From: Patescibacteria group bacterium
GTDB lineage: Bacteria > Patescibacteriota > Minisyncoccia > Moranbacterales > UBA1568
Length of the DNA stretch: 51,874 nt
Direction of reading: 5' to 3'
Assembly: GCA_038078615.1 (NCBI GenBank)
Contig: JBBTWT010000019.1
Span: 1-51,874, forward strand
The notes under the pieces were generated by a model, which worked only from the letters and a program-made list of their open reading frames with translations, ran no database searches and was not told the origin of the DNA. The position numbers and the translations under genes were made by a program. Shown here one piece after another: positions 10,960 through 20,485 of the stretch (its first letter is position 1; each line of letters begins with the position of its first letter).

Positions 10960-11119
10960 ACGTTTCCAAAATTGACAGGAAAAACCATCGTGCCCAGTAT
11001 ACCACGAAAAACCGCAAAATAAAACCAGATCCGCTCCTTGCTTCCCCCACACATCCCCCTCCCTCCCCACTGTACACAATTTGTAACGGTCGTTATAAAT
11101 TGTGTACAGGAAAAAAACG

Positions 11120-11149
11120 AAAAAAACGCCCCCTTTATTGGAGGCGTTT
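11120..11149 (-). terminator. Intrinsic terminator
   Basis: AAACGCC/GGCGTTT stem followed by a T-run on the minus strand, after the STAS-like gene. Confidence 0.55.
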
Positions 11150-11179
11150 GAGTCGTGCCGATACCACACCAAGTCCCGA

Positions 11180-11461
11180 TTACACCTTGACCCCCGAGTA
11201 CTCCCGCAACGTCTTGAGTGTCGCCTGCACCGTCGGATTTTCCGTATGTTCCAGCCGGATATCGCGGAATTCTTCCGAGAGTTTCGTGATCACCTCGTCC
11301 GCCCATGACGGCGTCAGTACCTTGACCCCGGCAAAATCGATTTCCAGCAGCTCGTCCCTCTTCACATCTTTTGTCAGGTAAGCGGACAACGCCAAATATG
11401 CCTCACGGCCGGCTGGCCGCGAAATGAGCATATCTCCGAACTTTTTCATTTCTATACGCAT
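11180..11461 (-). CDS. STAS-like (DUF4325-type) protein
   Basis: 93 aa; LISRPAGREA, IDFAGVKVLTPSWADE; paired with the upstream HATPase. Confidence 0.75.
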   Translation of the reverse strand: MRIEMKKFGDMLISRPAGREAYLALSAYLTKDVKRDELLEIDFAGVKVLTPSWADEVITKLSEEFRDIRLEHTENPTVQATLKTLREYSGVKV

Positions 11462-12056
11462 ACTGTCCGTCGTTTATCCTTCCAAAATCGCCAGACACCC
11501 CCCACACCGTCTCGGATGGGAAAACGTTCATACCCTTTTCCAGCGTCATCGTCGCATTTCCTGATGCGAAAGTCAATCGCAATCCATTTTCGCTTACCAT
11601 CGAACGGACGAATTTCAGCCCATTGCCGCGATTTTCCGGAGCACGCCCGGAAAGCTTTTCCGTAAATGCCGTTTCAAGAGCTTCTGCGTCCGTAGCGAGA
11701 CTTGCCTTGACGCGCCGAAGCGTGTCCAGTACGCCCCTTCCTCTGTCTGCAAGAATGACCTTTGTCTTTCCATCCGCAAATACGTCGAAGGAAAACCAAA
11801 CTCCTGGAACGTCCCGCCAATTCCCGATATTGTGGTCGAAAGAATTATTGCCGATTTCGCCAGCGACGGCGGAAATGGCATATGCCCTCATCTCATCGAT
11901 ACCGCGGCGTACCAATTCTCTGGTCATCCTTTCCAGTCTTGCCTGAAAAGTATCCCGAGTCTCACAATGCCAATCAGCCGGAATATCTATTGCACTTCCG
12001 CTCGGCTCTACCCATTTTTTCGCAAGCTGTTCTTGGTTTTCAATGGCAGTTTCCAA
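11403..12056 (-). CDS. HATPase_c (GHKL) ATP-binding protein; native start codon displaced by IS30, possible C-terminal frameshift
   Basis: N-box EIGNNSFDHN, G1 DRGRG, G2 GNGL; native ATG reconstructed at 13104-13106; G6 run at 11498-11503. Confidence 0.75.
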   Translation of the reverse strand: METAIENQEQLAKKWVEPSGSAIDIPADWHCETRDTFQARLERMTRELVRRGIDEMRAYAISAVAGEIGNNSFDHNIGNWRDVPGVWFSFDVFADGKTKVILADRGRGVLDTLRRVKASLATDAEALETAFTEKLSGRAPENRGNGLKFVRSMVSENGLRLTFASGNATMTLEKGMNVFPSETVWGVSGDFGRINDGQYAYRNEKVRRYAHFAASRP

Positions 12057-13101
12057 CTTCTAACGCAACAGGGTACACTGGTTCATCCGTAACCATCTAC
12101 CCATATGCCGAAGCCATATACCCGCCTCTCCGATGCCGAGCGGGAAGAGATCAGCATCGGACTGGAACAAAGCGAAAGCCTCGGACGTATCGGACGCAGA
12201 CTCGGGAGGCCCGCGAGCACCGTGAAATATGAACGGGACCGGACGAGAGGGAAACCTTACCGGGCCCACGAGGCCTCGAGAGATGCCAAGAAGAAGGTTG
12301 TTTCCCGAAGAGCAGGGAAGACGAAAATGATGAAAGACCCGAGGCTTCGGGCCGTTGTCCACGAGGGCCTGCGAAAACACTGGTCACCGGAACAGATATG
12401 CCGTACCCTAGGCAGTATGGATATGTCCCTCTCTCACGAAACCATCTATCGGTACATCTACGTCCTCCCGAGAGGGAGTCTCAAGAAAACGCTCATTGAG
12501 GGACTGCGGCAGGAACGGGCGTACCGGAGGAAGAATGGGAAAGGAGAAAAGGCTGAAACACGGGGAAAGATCGCGGATATGCTCTCCATCGAGGAGCGTC
12601 CGAGAGAGGTCGCTGATCGGACGGTCCCCGGACACTGGGAGGGGGACCTCATCATTGGGAAATACAAGCAGACCGCCATTGGTACCCTGGTGGAGCGGAC
12701 CACAAGATATACCATCATCGTCCCGCTCCGGAATGGGAAAGATGCCGCTTCCGTCAGGAAGGCATTCGCCAAGGAACTGGGACTCCTCCCAGGGCACATC
12801 AAAAAGACCCTCACCTATGATCAGGGAAAGGAGATGAGCCAGCACCGGCAGTTCACGATCGATACCGGTATCCAGGTCTACTTCGCCCATCCGGGGAGTC
12901 CCTGGGAGCGGGGAACGAACGAGAATACGAACGGGCTCTTGAGACAATACTTCCCAAAAGGAACAGACTTTGATACCATATCAAGAAAGACCATGAAGAA
13001 GGTCCAAAACGAATTCAATGAACGCCCAAGAAAGGCACTCGCCTTTTCCACGCCAAAAGAAAAGTTCAATGCCCTTGTTGCATTAGAAATGTGAACCTAA
13101 G
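12045..13101 (+). mobile_element. IS30-family insertion sequence (1057 bp)
   Basis: 26-bp imperfect terminal IRs (18/26 identical, core TTCTAAyGCAACA); 2-bp AT target duplication at 12043-12044 and 13102-13103; single transposase. Confidence 0.88.
12105..13094 (+). CDS. IS30 family DDE transposase
   Basis: N-terminal HTH, WSPEQI, GHWEGDL, TYDQGKEM, PWERGTNENTNGLLRQYFPKG. Confidence 0.97.
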   Translation: MPKPYTRLSDAEREEISIGLEQSESLGRIGRRLGRPASTVKYERDRTRGKPYRAHEASRDAKKKVVSRRAGKTKMMKDPRLRAVVHEGLRKHWSPEQICRTLGSMDMSLSHETIYRYIYVLPRGSLKKTLIEGLRQERAYRRKNGKGEKAETRGKIADMLSIEERPREVADRTVPGHWEGDLIIGKYKQTAIGTLVERTTRYTIIVPLRNGKDAASVRKAFAKELGLLPGHIKKTLTYDQGKEMSQHRQFTIDTGIQVYFAHPGSPWERGTNENTNGLLRQYFPKGTDFDTISRKTMKKVQNEFNERPRKALAFSTPKEKFNALVALEM

Positions 13102-13160
13102 ATCATAATTTTTCTTCAAATCTGCCTTTAGAGTAGCAGAGATATGGCTTCCATACAAGC

Positions 13161-13193
13161 AAAAACAGTTCTGGTATCACATCAGAACTGTTT
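13161..13193 (-). terminator. Intrinsic terminator
   Basis: AACAGTTCTG/CAGAACTGTT stem plus T-run downstream of the LysM-CHAP gene. Confidence 0.65.
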
Positions 13194-13274
13194 CATACTC
13201 TCTTATCCTGCATCACTCCCGCCAAACCTGCCTGCCGGTAGGCAGGGGCGGGCAAGCATCCTGCATCTCGCATC

Positions 13275-14546
13275 TCAGTAGATATACCCCTTGATCACGC
13301 GGCTGGAGGCGGAGAGGACGCGACGGTCGATTTTCCCCCAACCGACATAGTTCATCTCGGAGACGGTGATGTTGCCGCCGCTCACTTTCTCTACGAGCGC
13401 CACGTGACCATAGAAACGATTTTCTGTCGTGACCACGATAGCGCCGACGGCCGGAGTCTTGCCGGTCCTGTAGCCGAGCGCTCTCGCCTGATAGAGCCAG
13501 GTGCCGGCATTGCCGCGCCACGGCACATAGCGTTTCTGCGCCAAATACCAGGTACAGTAGCCGTACGGGAACTTATGCCCCGTTCCGGCCTTGCCATCGA
13601 GCTTGCGGAATCCGGAAGAAATATCGGTCGCCGTACCGCCTGTCGGAGTCGCGTACTGACGGCGCTCGAGGCCGCCTGAAGCCACACTGGAAGGAACGGG
13701 GATATCCTTCTGCCCGCCGGGGATGACGATGACATCGCCCACTTCGATCTCGCCGTTGGCCGGCAGACTGTTGAATGCGATGATCTTGTCTTTTTCCGCC
13801 TTGAATTTCGCCGCGATAGTATCGATGGTGTCCCCTGACTTCACGGCATAGGAGAGGCCGGCCACCGGCAGGATGAATATCTGATCGCCGGGCTTGATCT
13901 GATCCACGTTGTCCAGATCGTTCGCCCAGAGTATCGTGTTGATCGTAATGCCGTTTGCGGCCGCGATACCGCTCACCGTATCGCCGGATTCCACCGTGTA
14001 GATCTTCACGCCGCCGTCTTCGCTCGGATCCTCCGCGATGGAGCTCGTCTCCGTAGAGAGCATCACCTGGTTCTCGAACGCGAGCCCGTGGATATCAAGG
14101 AGGGACGTATCATCCTTCTGATCGCGATCGACGGCATTGGAGGCGTTCGCCAGGGGCACGAGAGAGAGATTGTCTTTCTTGCTGACCTGCGCGGCGATGC
14201 GATGCTTGGCGGACAATGATGCCTCGCTCGCCGTATCGCCATTCACATAGCCGAAAAGCAGGCTGTCCGAGTCCTGACCCTGGGCGAAGTTGCTCGCCGA
14301 CACCAGGAGAGTGCTCGACGCGACGATGGAAAAGGCCGAGTAGTTGCGAAAAACACGCACGACCCGGTAACCGGAAATTTCCTTGATAAACTGCAGGAAA
14401 CGTGTCTGGAGGTGGTGGGTGCGGGTATGAAGCTCCTGCAGGCGGGTCCGCATGTCCGTTTTTTCCTCCGTTTCATGGACACGCGAGAACAGGGATCGGG
14501 CACGCTCCCGCGCCGTTCTGACACCAGCCTTGAGCCAGGAAACCAT
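13275..14546 (-). CDS. LysM x2 + CHAP domain cell-wall hydrolase
   Basis: YTVESGDTVSGIA and YAVKSGDTIDTIA LysM repeats; FPYGYCTWY...GHVALVE...SEMNY CHAP motifs; start placed downstream of the promoter (uncertain). Confidence 0.88.
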   Translation of the reverse strand: MVSWLKAGVRTARERARSLFSRVHETEEKTDMRTRLQELHTRTHHLQTRFLQFIKEISGYRVVRVFRNYSAFSIVASSTLLVSASNFAQGQDSDSLLFGYVNGDTASEASLSAKHRIAAQVSKKDNLSLVPLANASNAVDRDQKDDTSLLDIHGLAFENQVMLSTETSSIAEDPSEDGGVKIYTVESGDTVSGIAAANGITINTILWANDLDNVDQIKPGDQIFILPVAGLSYAVKSGDTIDTIAAKFKAEKDKIIAFNSLPANGEIEVGDVIVIPGGQKDIPVPSSVASGGLERRQYATPTGGTATDISSGFRKLDGKAGTGHKFPYGYCTWYLAQKRYVPWRGNAGTWLYQARALGYRTGKTPAVGAIVVTTENRFYGHVALVEKVSGGNITVSEMNYVGWGKIDRRVLSASSRVIKGYIY

Positions 14547-14664
14547 TGAGTGAGTACGAATAGGAACCCTCGCCTTTCGATCGATATACCCCCTGAGAAC
14601 GGCATCCTGCGGCAAGCCGAGGAAAAGCGCCCATCGGGAATCTATCCTAATTTTTACAGAATCC

Positions 14665-14693
14665 AGTATAGCCCGATAACCGGTTTCCGTCAA
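14665..14693 (-). promoter_or_regulatory. Sigma70-type promoter for the LysM-CHAP gene
   Basis: TTGACG-17 nt-TATACT. Confidence 0.6.
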
Positions 14694-14927
14694 TGAAAAA
14701 GCTGTATTTTTCTCTATTTTTTGGCTTATCTCAGTCATTTTATACTGTATAAACGGCCGCTGGAATCGGTCGTGGTAAGCGAGCCCGCTGGTATATATGG
14801 GCGCCGCTCCATTCTGTCTCCCCGCCATCGCTTATCCGGCATCACGCATCGATTATTCCGGTCTCTGTGGTACAATCCCAATGTCTCCTAATATATCGGA
14901 GCTTTTCCAATACTGATTTCATAGGTT

Positions 14928-15953
14928 ATGTACCCCTTCGAAAAGCCGCGCAATGAGATCGAACGCCTGGCAAAGCGCTTCTGCGATCACCTGGAGATAG
15001 AAATGGGCCGTTCGCCACGGACGCTCTGCAGCTATGCGAACACGCTCTCCTACTTTTTCGTCTGGGGAAATGTCCGGACGCCGGCAGACATCACCGCGGA
15101 AAAGGTCCGGGAATACCGCATCTATCTCAACCGGAAAAAAACGCGCGGCGGCGGCACCCTGAAAAAGAATACCCAAGCCTACCAGGTCATCGTGCTCCGG
15201 ACGTTCCTCAAGTACCTCGCCAAGCAGGACATCCAGACGCTCGCCGCCGAAAAGATAGAGATCGGCAGGATTCCCGATCGCCGGATCGACTTCCTCGAAT
15301 TCGAGGAGGTGGAGCGGCTGATAGCGGCTGCGGATCCGGCCTCGGCTCGTCTCCCGTCTCGACTCGGTCGATCCGAGGCGGACGGCCAGACGGGGGATAC
15401 AAGCCGGAAAATGTTCCGTGACAGGGCGATTCTCGAGCTGCTGTTCTCTTCCGGGCTGCGCGTCTCGGAACTAGTCGGTCTCGACCGGGCACATCTCAAT
15501 CTCGACAAGGAAGAATTCAGCATCCGCGGCAAAGGCGGCAGGCTCCGCATCGTCTTCATCTCACCCGCCGCCAAATCAGCGCTCAAGGCATACCTCGACA
15601 GACGCGCCGATGTCGATCCGGCGCTCTTCGTCGCGTATGGGAAAAAAGGTCTTGTCAACAGAAAAAACGCGGCGCGCGATACCATGCGTCTCACACCAAG
15701 AAGCATACAGCGCCTCGTGAAGCACTACGCCAAAAAAGCCGGCATCGTGAAAGACGTGCATCCGCATACCTTGCGCCACAGTTTCGCGACCGACCTCCTC
15801 GTCAATGGCGCCGATATCCGGAGCGTCCAGTCGATGCTCGGCCACGCCTCCATCACGACGACGCAGATCTACACCCACATCACCGATGAACGGCTCAAAG
15901 AGATCCATAAGTCCTTCCACGCCAAAAGAAAAAAGAGATCAGCCAACAGCTAA
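14928..15953 (+). CDS. XerC/XerD-type tyrosine recombinase
   Basis: RDRAILELLFSSGLRVSEL, GKGG, HPHTLRHSFAT, LGHASITTTQIYTH (R-H-R-Y tetrad). Confidence 0.92.
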   Translation: MYPFEKPRNEIERLAKRFCDHLEIEMGRSPRTLCSYANTLSYFFVWGNVRTPADITAEKVREYRIYLNRKKTRGGGTLKKNTQAYQVIVLRTFLKYLAKQDIQTLAAEKIEIGRIPDRRIDFLEFEEVERLIAAADPASARLPSRLGRSEADGQTGDTSRKMFRDRAILELLFSSGLRVSELVGLDRAHLNLDKEEFSIRGKGGRLRIVFISPAAKSALKAYLDRRADVDPALFVAYGKKGLVNRKNAARDTMRLTPRSIQRLVKHYAKKAGIVKDVHPHTLRHSFATDLLVNGADIRSVQSMLGHASITTTQIYTHITDERLKEIHKSFHAKRKKRSANS

Positions 15954-16014
15954 CACATAACAGTCAGCAAAAAAACAAGCTTAGAAGCATTTATCATTGT
16001 TATCTGTTGTTTGT

Positions 16015-18276
16015 TTATTGCTTCCGCAGAGGCGCGACGCCGAGCATCATTTTCTTGACGCCGGAGCGCTTGAACGCGATAGTCGCCAATGTCCCGGCGA
16101 TGGAGATGATAAGTCCCGATCCGAACTGCGGATGCTCCACCATATCGCCCGGACGGACGTCTTCCGGCACGAGCGGCTTTTCGTCCGTGTTCTGTGTCTG
16201 CGGATATTCCGGGCGCTTTTCGGCTCCGGCAGCCAGTATGCGACTCTTCTTCGAAACGGCCGGAAAGCGATGGAAGGATTTCTGAAAATGCCGTTTCCCG
16301 AGCATCCCCGACGAGACGCGCTCCGCCTCCTCGATCAGATGCGCTGGGATTTCCTGCAGGAATCGCGACGGCGGATTCGCCTGCGTCGATCCGTAGAGCA
16401 TCCGCTGCTCCGTGTAGAGAAGGTGCACCTTTTCCTTCGCGCGCGTCAGGCCGACATACATCAGGCGCCGTTCTTCTTCCAGTTCCGCAGGCGACGTATG
16501 GCTCCGCGAATGCGGAAATATCCCTTCTTCCAGTCCGAGAATGAACACGTGGGGGAATTCCAATCCCTTGGCACTGTGTACCGTCATCACGTGCACCGCT
16601 TCGCTCCCCTGGCTGATCTCATCCGTATCCGAAGACAGCGCCACTTCCTCGAGAAATCTATGAAGCGCCTCATCAAGCGGCATATCACCGTACTTCTGAG
16701 CGACTGACAGAAGCTCTTTCACGTTTTCCTGACGCGTCTCTCCTTCGGCCGTGCCGTCGGCGAGACTCTCGAGATAGCCGCTTCTTTTCGTGATGGTGTC
16801 CAAAAGTTCCAGGAATCTCAGATCGGGTCGCGCCTGTATTTCTGCCCGCAAGCGGAGAAATATATCGACGAAATTCCGGATTGTCTTGATCTTCGGGTCA
16901 CGCAGTCCGCTGATCTCGGGAGTCAGTTTGTACCCGGCATCAAAAAGGTTGAGATTGCTTTCTCGTGCAAACTGAATCCACTTCTCGAGTGTCGCTTTGC
17001 CCAGGCCCCGCGTCGGCTCGTTGATGACACGTTCGAGCGCGAGGGTGTCACGCGGATTCTCGAGCAGCCGCACATAAGCGATCATATCCTTGATTTCCTT
17101 GCGCTGATAGAATTTCAGTCCGCCGACGATGCGATACCGGATCGAGTGGCGCAGGAACATCTCTTCGAGGATGCGCGACTGGGCATTGGTGCGATAGAGC
17201 ACTGCGAAATGATTGAATGGCCGACCGTTCGCATGCTCTCTCGCGATGGTTTCCGCGACATACCGGGCTTCGGCCTCCTCGTCTTCGGCCGGGACGAGCG
17301 TGATCAGCTCCCCGGCTGCTATCTCCGTCCAGAGTTTTTTATGCCGCTGATGGAGATTCTTCCCGATGATGCCTGTCGCCGCATCGAGGATGATCTGCGT
17401 CGAGCGATAATTGCGATCGAGCGTGATGACCGTGGACAGCGGATAATCCTTCTCGAAATTGAGGATATTCCTGATATCCGCCTGGCGCCAGCCATAGATC
17501 GACTGGTAATCGTCGCCGATGACGAACAGGTTATTGTGTTTCTTCGCCAAGAGATGCACGAGGAGATACTGGGGATAGTTGGTGTCCTGGTATTCGTCCA
17601 CCATCACATAGCGGAAGGTGTCTTGATATTTCTCCAACACTTTCGGATGTTTTTGGAACAGTTTCACGGTGAGCATGATGAGATCATCGAAATCGAGCGC
17701 GTTTTGCGCACGGAGCGCGGCCTGATAGTGCGTGTAGACTCTTGCGATGATTTCCTCATAATAACTGCCGGCCTCTCGCGTACACTGCTCCGCGTCGGTG
17801 AACGCGTTTTTGGCACGGGAAATGGCATCAAGGAGAGCGCGTGGTTTGACCTGATCGGGATCGATCTCGAGCTCCTTCAGCGCCTTTTTCACCATCGATT
17901 CCTGATCCTGGCTGTCGAGAATATTGAAACGCTTGTCATAGCCGAGCGCCTCGATCTCGCGGCGCAGGATGCGGCAGCAGATATTGTGAAATGTCCCGAC
18001 ATGCTGCGGGAGGACCGCCGCGCCATACTCGGCCGCCTCGCTCTGTCCGAGCAGCCGCAGGGTACGCTCGCGCATTTCTTCCGCCGCCTTGTTGGTAAAC
18101 GTCACCGCGAGGATGTTCGCGGGCGGCACTTTTTTCCCGTCGATGAGATGGGCGATGCGGTGCGTCAGCGTCTTCGTCTTGCCAGATCCGGCCCCGGCCA
18201 AGATCAACACCGGCCCCTCTGTCGTGAGAACCGCGCGCAACTGTTCCGGATTCAGCCCCTTTTCCCAAAAACGCAT
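16015..18276 (-). CDS. pcrA: UvrD/PcrA ATP-dependent DNA helicase
   Basis: AGAGSGKT, VDEYQDTN, GDDYQSIYGWR, TVHSAKGLEF, EERRLMYVGLTRA; ATG at 18276. Confidence 0.93.
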   Translation of the reverse strand: MRFWEKGLNPEQLRAVLTTEGPVLILAGAGSGKTKTLTHRIAHLIDGKKVPPANILAVTFTNKAAEEMRERTLRLLGQSEAAEYGAAVLPQHVGTFHNICCRILRREIEALGYDKRFNILDSQDQESMVKKALKELEIDPDQVKPRALLDAISRAKNAFTDAEQCTREAGSYYEEIIARVYTHYQAALRAQNALDFDDLIMLTVKLFQKHPKVLEKYQDTFRYVMVDEYQDTNYPQYLLVHLLAKKHNNLFVIGDDYQSIYGWRQADIRNILNFEKDYPLSTVITLDRNYRSTQIILDAATGIIGKNLHQRHKKLWTEIAAGELITLVPAEDEEAEARYVAETIAREHANGRPFNHFAVLYRTNAQSRILEEMFLRHSIRYRIVGGLKFYQRKEIKDMIAYVRLLENPRDTLALERVINEPTRGLGKATLEKWIQFARESNLNLFDAGYKLTPEISGLRDPKIKTIRNFVDIFLRLRAEIQARPDLRFLELLDTITKRSGYLESLADGTAEGETRQENVKELLSVAQKYGDMPLDEALHRFLEEVALSSDTDEISQGSEAVHVMTVHSAKGLEFPHVFILGLEEGIFPHSRSHTSPAELEEERRLMYVGLTRAKEKVHLLYTEQRMLYGSTQANPPSRFLQEIPAHLIEEAERVSSGMLGKRHFQKSFHRFPAVSKKSRILAAGAEKRPEYPQTQNTDEKPLVPEDVRPGDMVEHPQFGSGLIISIAGTLATIAFKRSGVKKMMLGVAPLRKQ

Positions 18277-18370
18277 ATTTTCCTCGTGTATTTTTGTGTA
18301 GAACTTTAGTATTCTAGCATAATTCACCCCTGCCCTATACCTCCCATTACCAATAAGGATGTCAGCCAAA

Positions 18371-18408
18371 TAAAAAAACCACCACACCAAAATTGCAGGA
18401 TGTGGCGG
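18371..18408 (-). terminator. Intrinsic terminator after the radical SAM gene
   Basis: CCGCCACA/TGTGGTGG stem followed by a T-run on the minus strand. Confidence 0.55.
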
Positions 18409-18446
18409 CGAACCAACTAAGGAACAATATCCGCGGGCAAAATAAG

Positions 18447-19499
18447 CTATTCCTCTGCCACTTTTTGCACGCTGACCTTCACTGGAAATAGACGGGGAGA
18501 TGGGTTGATAGGAGGAGCATGGGTTTGATCGAGCATGATGCAATACCCACTCTCAATTTTCCTTCGCGCGTTCATAGACCCTACGATCTCCGACAGAGAA
18601 TTTTTCCTTACGTTGAATTCCCCGCGAGAAGCATGGTGGTCCGGACAGAGTTGCACATCGCCGTTATTTTTCACTGTAAGACCAAATGAAAAGATCGCGC
18701 AATGATTTTCTTCAGTGGATGACGGGGAGAACAGTGTGTTATGCTCATTTGCAAGCTCCGTTAGCTCTTTTTCTGGGTTCTGTCCGCCATCTCTATTCCC
18801 GAGCAACTTCCACAAAGACGGCTGTTCCTTTGCCCAGTCCACTGCTTTCACGGGCCTCACAAACAGAGGAAGGTTGACTTCTTCGCAATACTGGGCTATC
18901 GCCGGAAGCTCATCCATGTTTTCCCTGGTCAAAACGGAGTTTGCAATTATCCTGTGCGCTACCTTATTTTCTCCAAGTTTTACCGCGGTATTACGATAAA
19001 CTTGAATAGCGGATTTGAGATTTGATATGAATCTCCCATACTGCTTTTTTGTTGTATGATAGCGTTCCAAGAAGTGCTCTTCTTTAAAGGAGTCCAGTTT
19101 GACCCCGAGAGACACCCCATGATCCCTCATCCACGCGAGAAGATTCTCATCCACGCGTCCTGTGAGGTTGGTGTACACGACGCTGATGAGCCCCCGCTCA
19201 TGCGCCGCCTCAATTGTCTCCCGAAAATATGGGTCGAGAGTCGGTTCTCCCGTACCGGGAACGACGAGCGTCCTTGCCCCAAGTGCCCGTGCGTCTTCGA
19301 GCAACAGAACTCTCTCAGAGAGGGTTAGGATGTCATCCCCGTCATTATTTAAGTCGCTACCGTTGAAACACCAGTCACATCTATAATTGCACGTGCTAGA
19401 GAAATCCAGCGACAACTGCGTGATTCCTCCCGCTTCGAATGTCTTCCGGTACACGCTCATCGGGAAATGGTATCCGGCAAATAAATTCAATGTTTTCAT
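18447..19499 (-). CDS. Radical SAM protein with a Cys-containing C-terminal (twitch/SPASM-like) extension
   Basis: CNYRCDWC motif, GTGEPTL, YTN; C-terminal HC...GDVQLC...YC; GGAGG RBS before ATG 19499. Confidence 0.88.
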   Translation of the reverse strand: MKTLNLFAGYHFPMSVYRKTFEAGGITQLSLDFSSTCNYRCDWCFNGSDLNNDGDDILTLSERVLLLEDARALGARTLVVPGTGEPTLDPYFRETIEAAHERGLISVVYTNLTGRVDENLLAWMRDHGVSLGVKLDSFKEEHFLERYHTTKKQYGRFISNLKSAIQVYRNTAVKLGENKVAHRIIANSVLTRENMDELPAIAQYCEEVNLPLFVRPVKAVDWAKEQPSLWKLLGNRDGGQNPEKELTELANEHNTLFSPSSTEENHCAIFSFGLTVKNNGDVQLCPDHHASRGEFNVRKNSLSEIVGSMNARRKIESGYCIMLDQTHAPPINPSPRLFPVKVSVQKVAEE

Positions 19500-19575
19500 T
19501 GTCTGATCCTCCAAGTTGTCAAAAAACCAATATTGATAGAGTGTACCCTCTTATTGGCACCCTCTATTTCTTGTA

Positions 19576-19631
19576 TTGACACTAACAAACTATTGTGGTA
19601 TTCTCAATAGTGTCGCCGAGTCTCGACGACA
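19576..19631. promoter_or_regulatory. Overlapping divergent promoters plus palindromic operator candidate
   Basis: (+) TTGACA-17-TATTCT; (-) TTGAGA-17-TAGTGT; near-palindrome TGTCGCCGAGTCTCGACGACA at 19611-19631. Confidence 0.6.
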
Positions 19632-19647
19632 CGACACAATAAGACCT

Positions 19648-20421
19648 ATGCTGGAACAAATTTTACATACATTGGGTATTGGCTCCGTTGAGGCATCCGT
19701 ATACAACACGCTCGTCGAAAGCGGGCCGGTATCCGCGGGTTTTCTTGCACGCAAGATGCATATTCCACGCTCATCTCTCTATGGTTATATGGAAACTCTC
19801 CGCTTAAAAGGACTCGTACGGCAGAGTCATACATACGATAAAAAAATATGGCAGGCAGAACCTGTCGAAACCATCGGATCACTCATTCAGAATGATATTG
19901 AGAGCCTAATAAAAACACAAGAAAAGTTTCTTGTCGCACTACCGGATATTCAGAAAAAATATGTGGCGGCTTCTGTCGCGCCGACGGTCACTCATTTCGA
20001 AGGGGTAGAGGGGATGAGGCAGATGTTCCGGGATATCTTGCTCTGTCACGATATCAAGACGGTGGCGCTGTGGTCTATGAAAGATGCTGTTCACTTTCTT
20101 GGGCGGGAATTTATGGAAGAGTTAAACACCAAGAGGGTGAAGAGCCGTATTTCTCTCCGTGTAATCTGGCCTAAGGAAAAAATGGTTGACGTATCACGAT
20201 TTGAATTTCTGATTCATGACAAGAAATTTCTCCGCGATATTCGTATCGCTCCGGCAAACATCACGACCTCTATTGGATATTGGGTATATAACAACAAGAC
20301 TTTGTTCATTTCATCGAAAAAAGAATCCTTCGGTTTCATCGTAGAAAGCGCGGAGCTTGCCGACATGCTTCGCAAACAATTCGAAGTTTTTTGGGAGATG
20401 TCAAAACCGATCAAGCAATGA
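19648..20421 (+). CDS. TrmB family transcriptional regulator
   Basis: LGI...EASVY..L...G wHTH with PRSSLY; FEGVEG; C-terminal PLD-like YNNKTLFIS. Confidence 0.85.
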   Translation: MLEQILHTLGIGSVEASVYNTLVESGPVSAGFLARKMHIPRSSLYGYMETLRLKGLVRQSHTYDKKIWQAEPVETIGSLIQNDIESLIKTQEKFLVALPDIQKKYVAASVAPTVTHFEGVEGMRQMFRDILLCHDIKTVALWSMKDAVHFLGREFMEELNTKRVKSRISLRVIWPKEKMVDVSRFEFLIHDKKFLRDIRIAPANITTSIGYWVYNNKTLFISSKKESFGFIVESAELADMLRKQFEVFWEMSKPIKQ

Positions 20422-20485
20422 TAGTAGATATTTTTTCGGAATCACAAAAGTGAATACTCCCTCGTCTGTGTTAGAATGAGTTTAT

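Noticed and set aside
14547-14828. N-terminal extensions in the ORF track (also for pcrA, gyrA, the VirB6-like gene, the TrmB genes, the ThiH-like gene and the DGR target)
   Set aside because: They run over promoters or neighbouring genes; downstream ATGs fit family N-termini or have an RBS.
14928-15953. Tyrosine recombinase as a prophage or integron integrase
   Set aside because: Xer-like sequence next to pcrA; no phage genes, att pair or attC cassette array evident.
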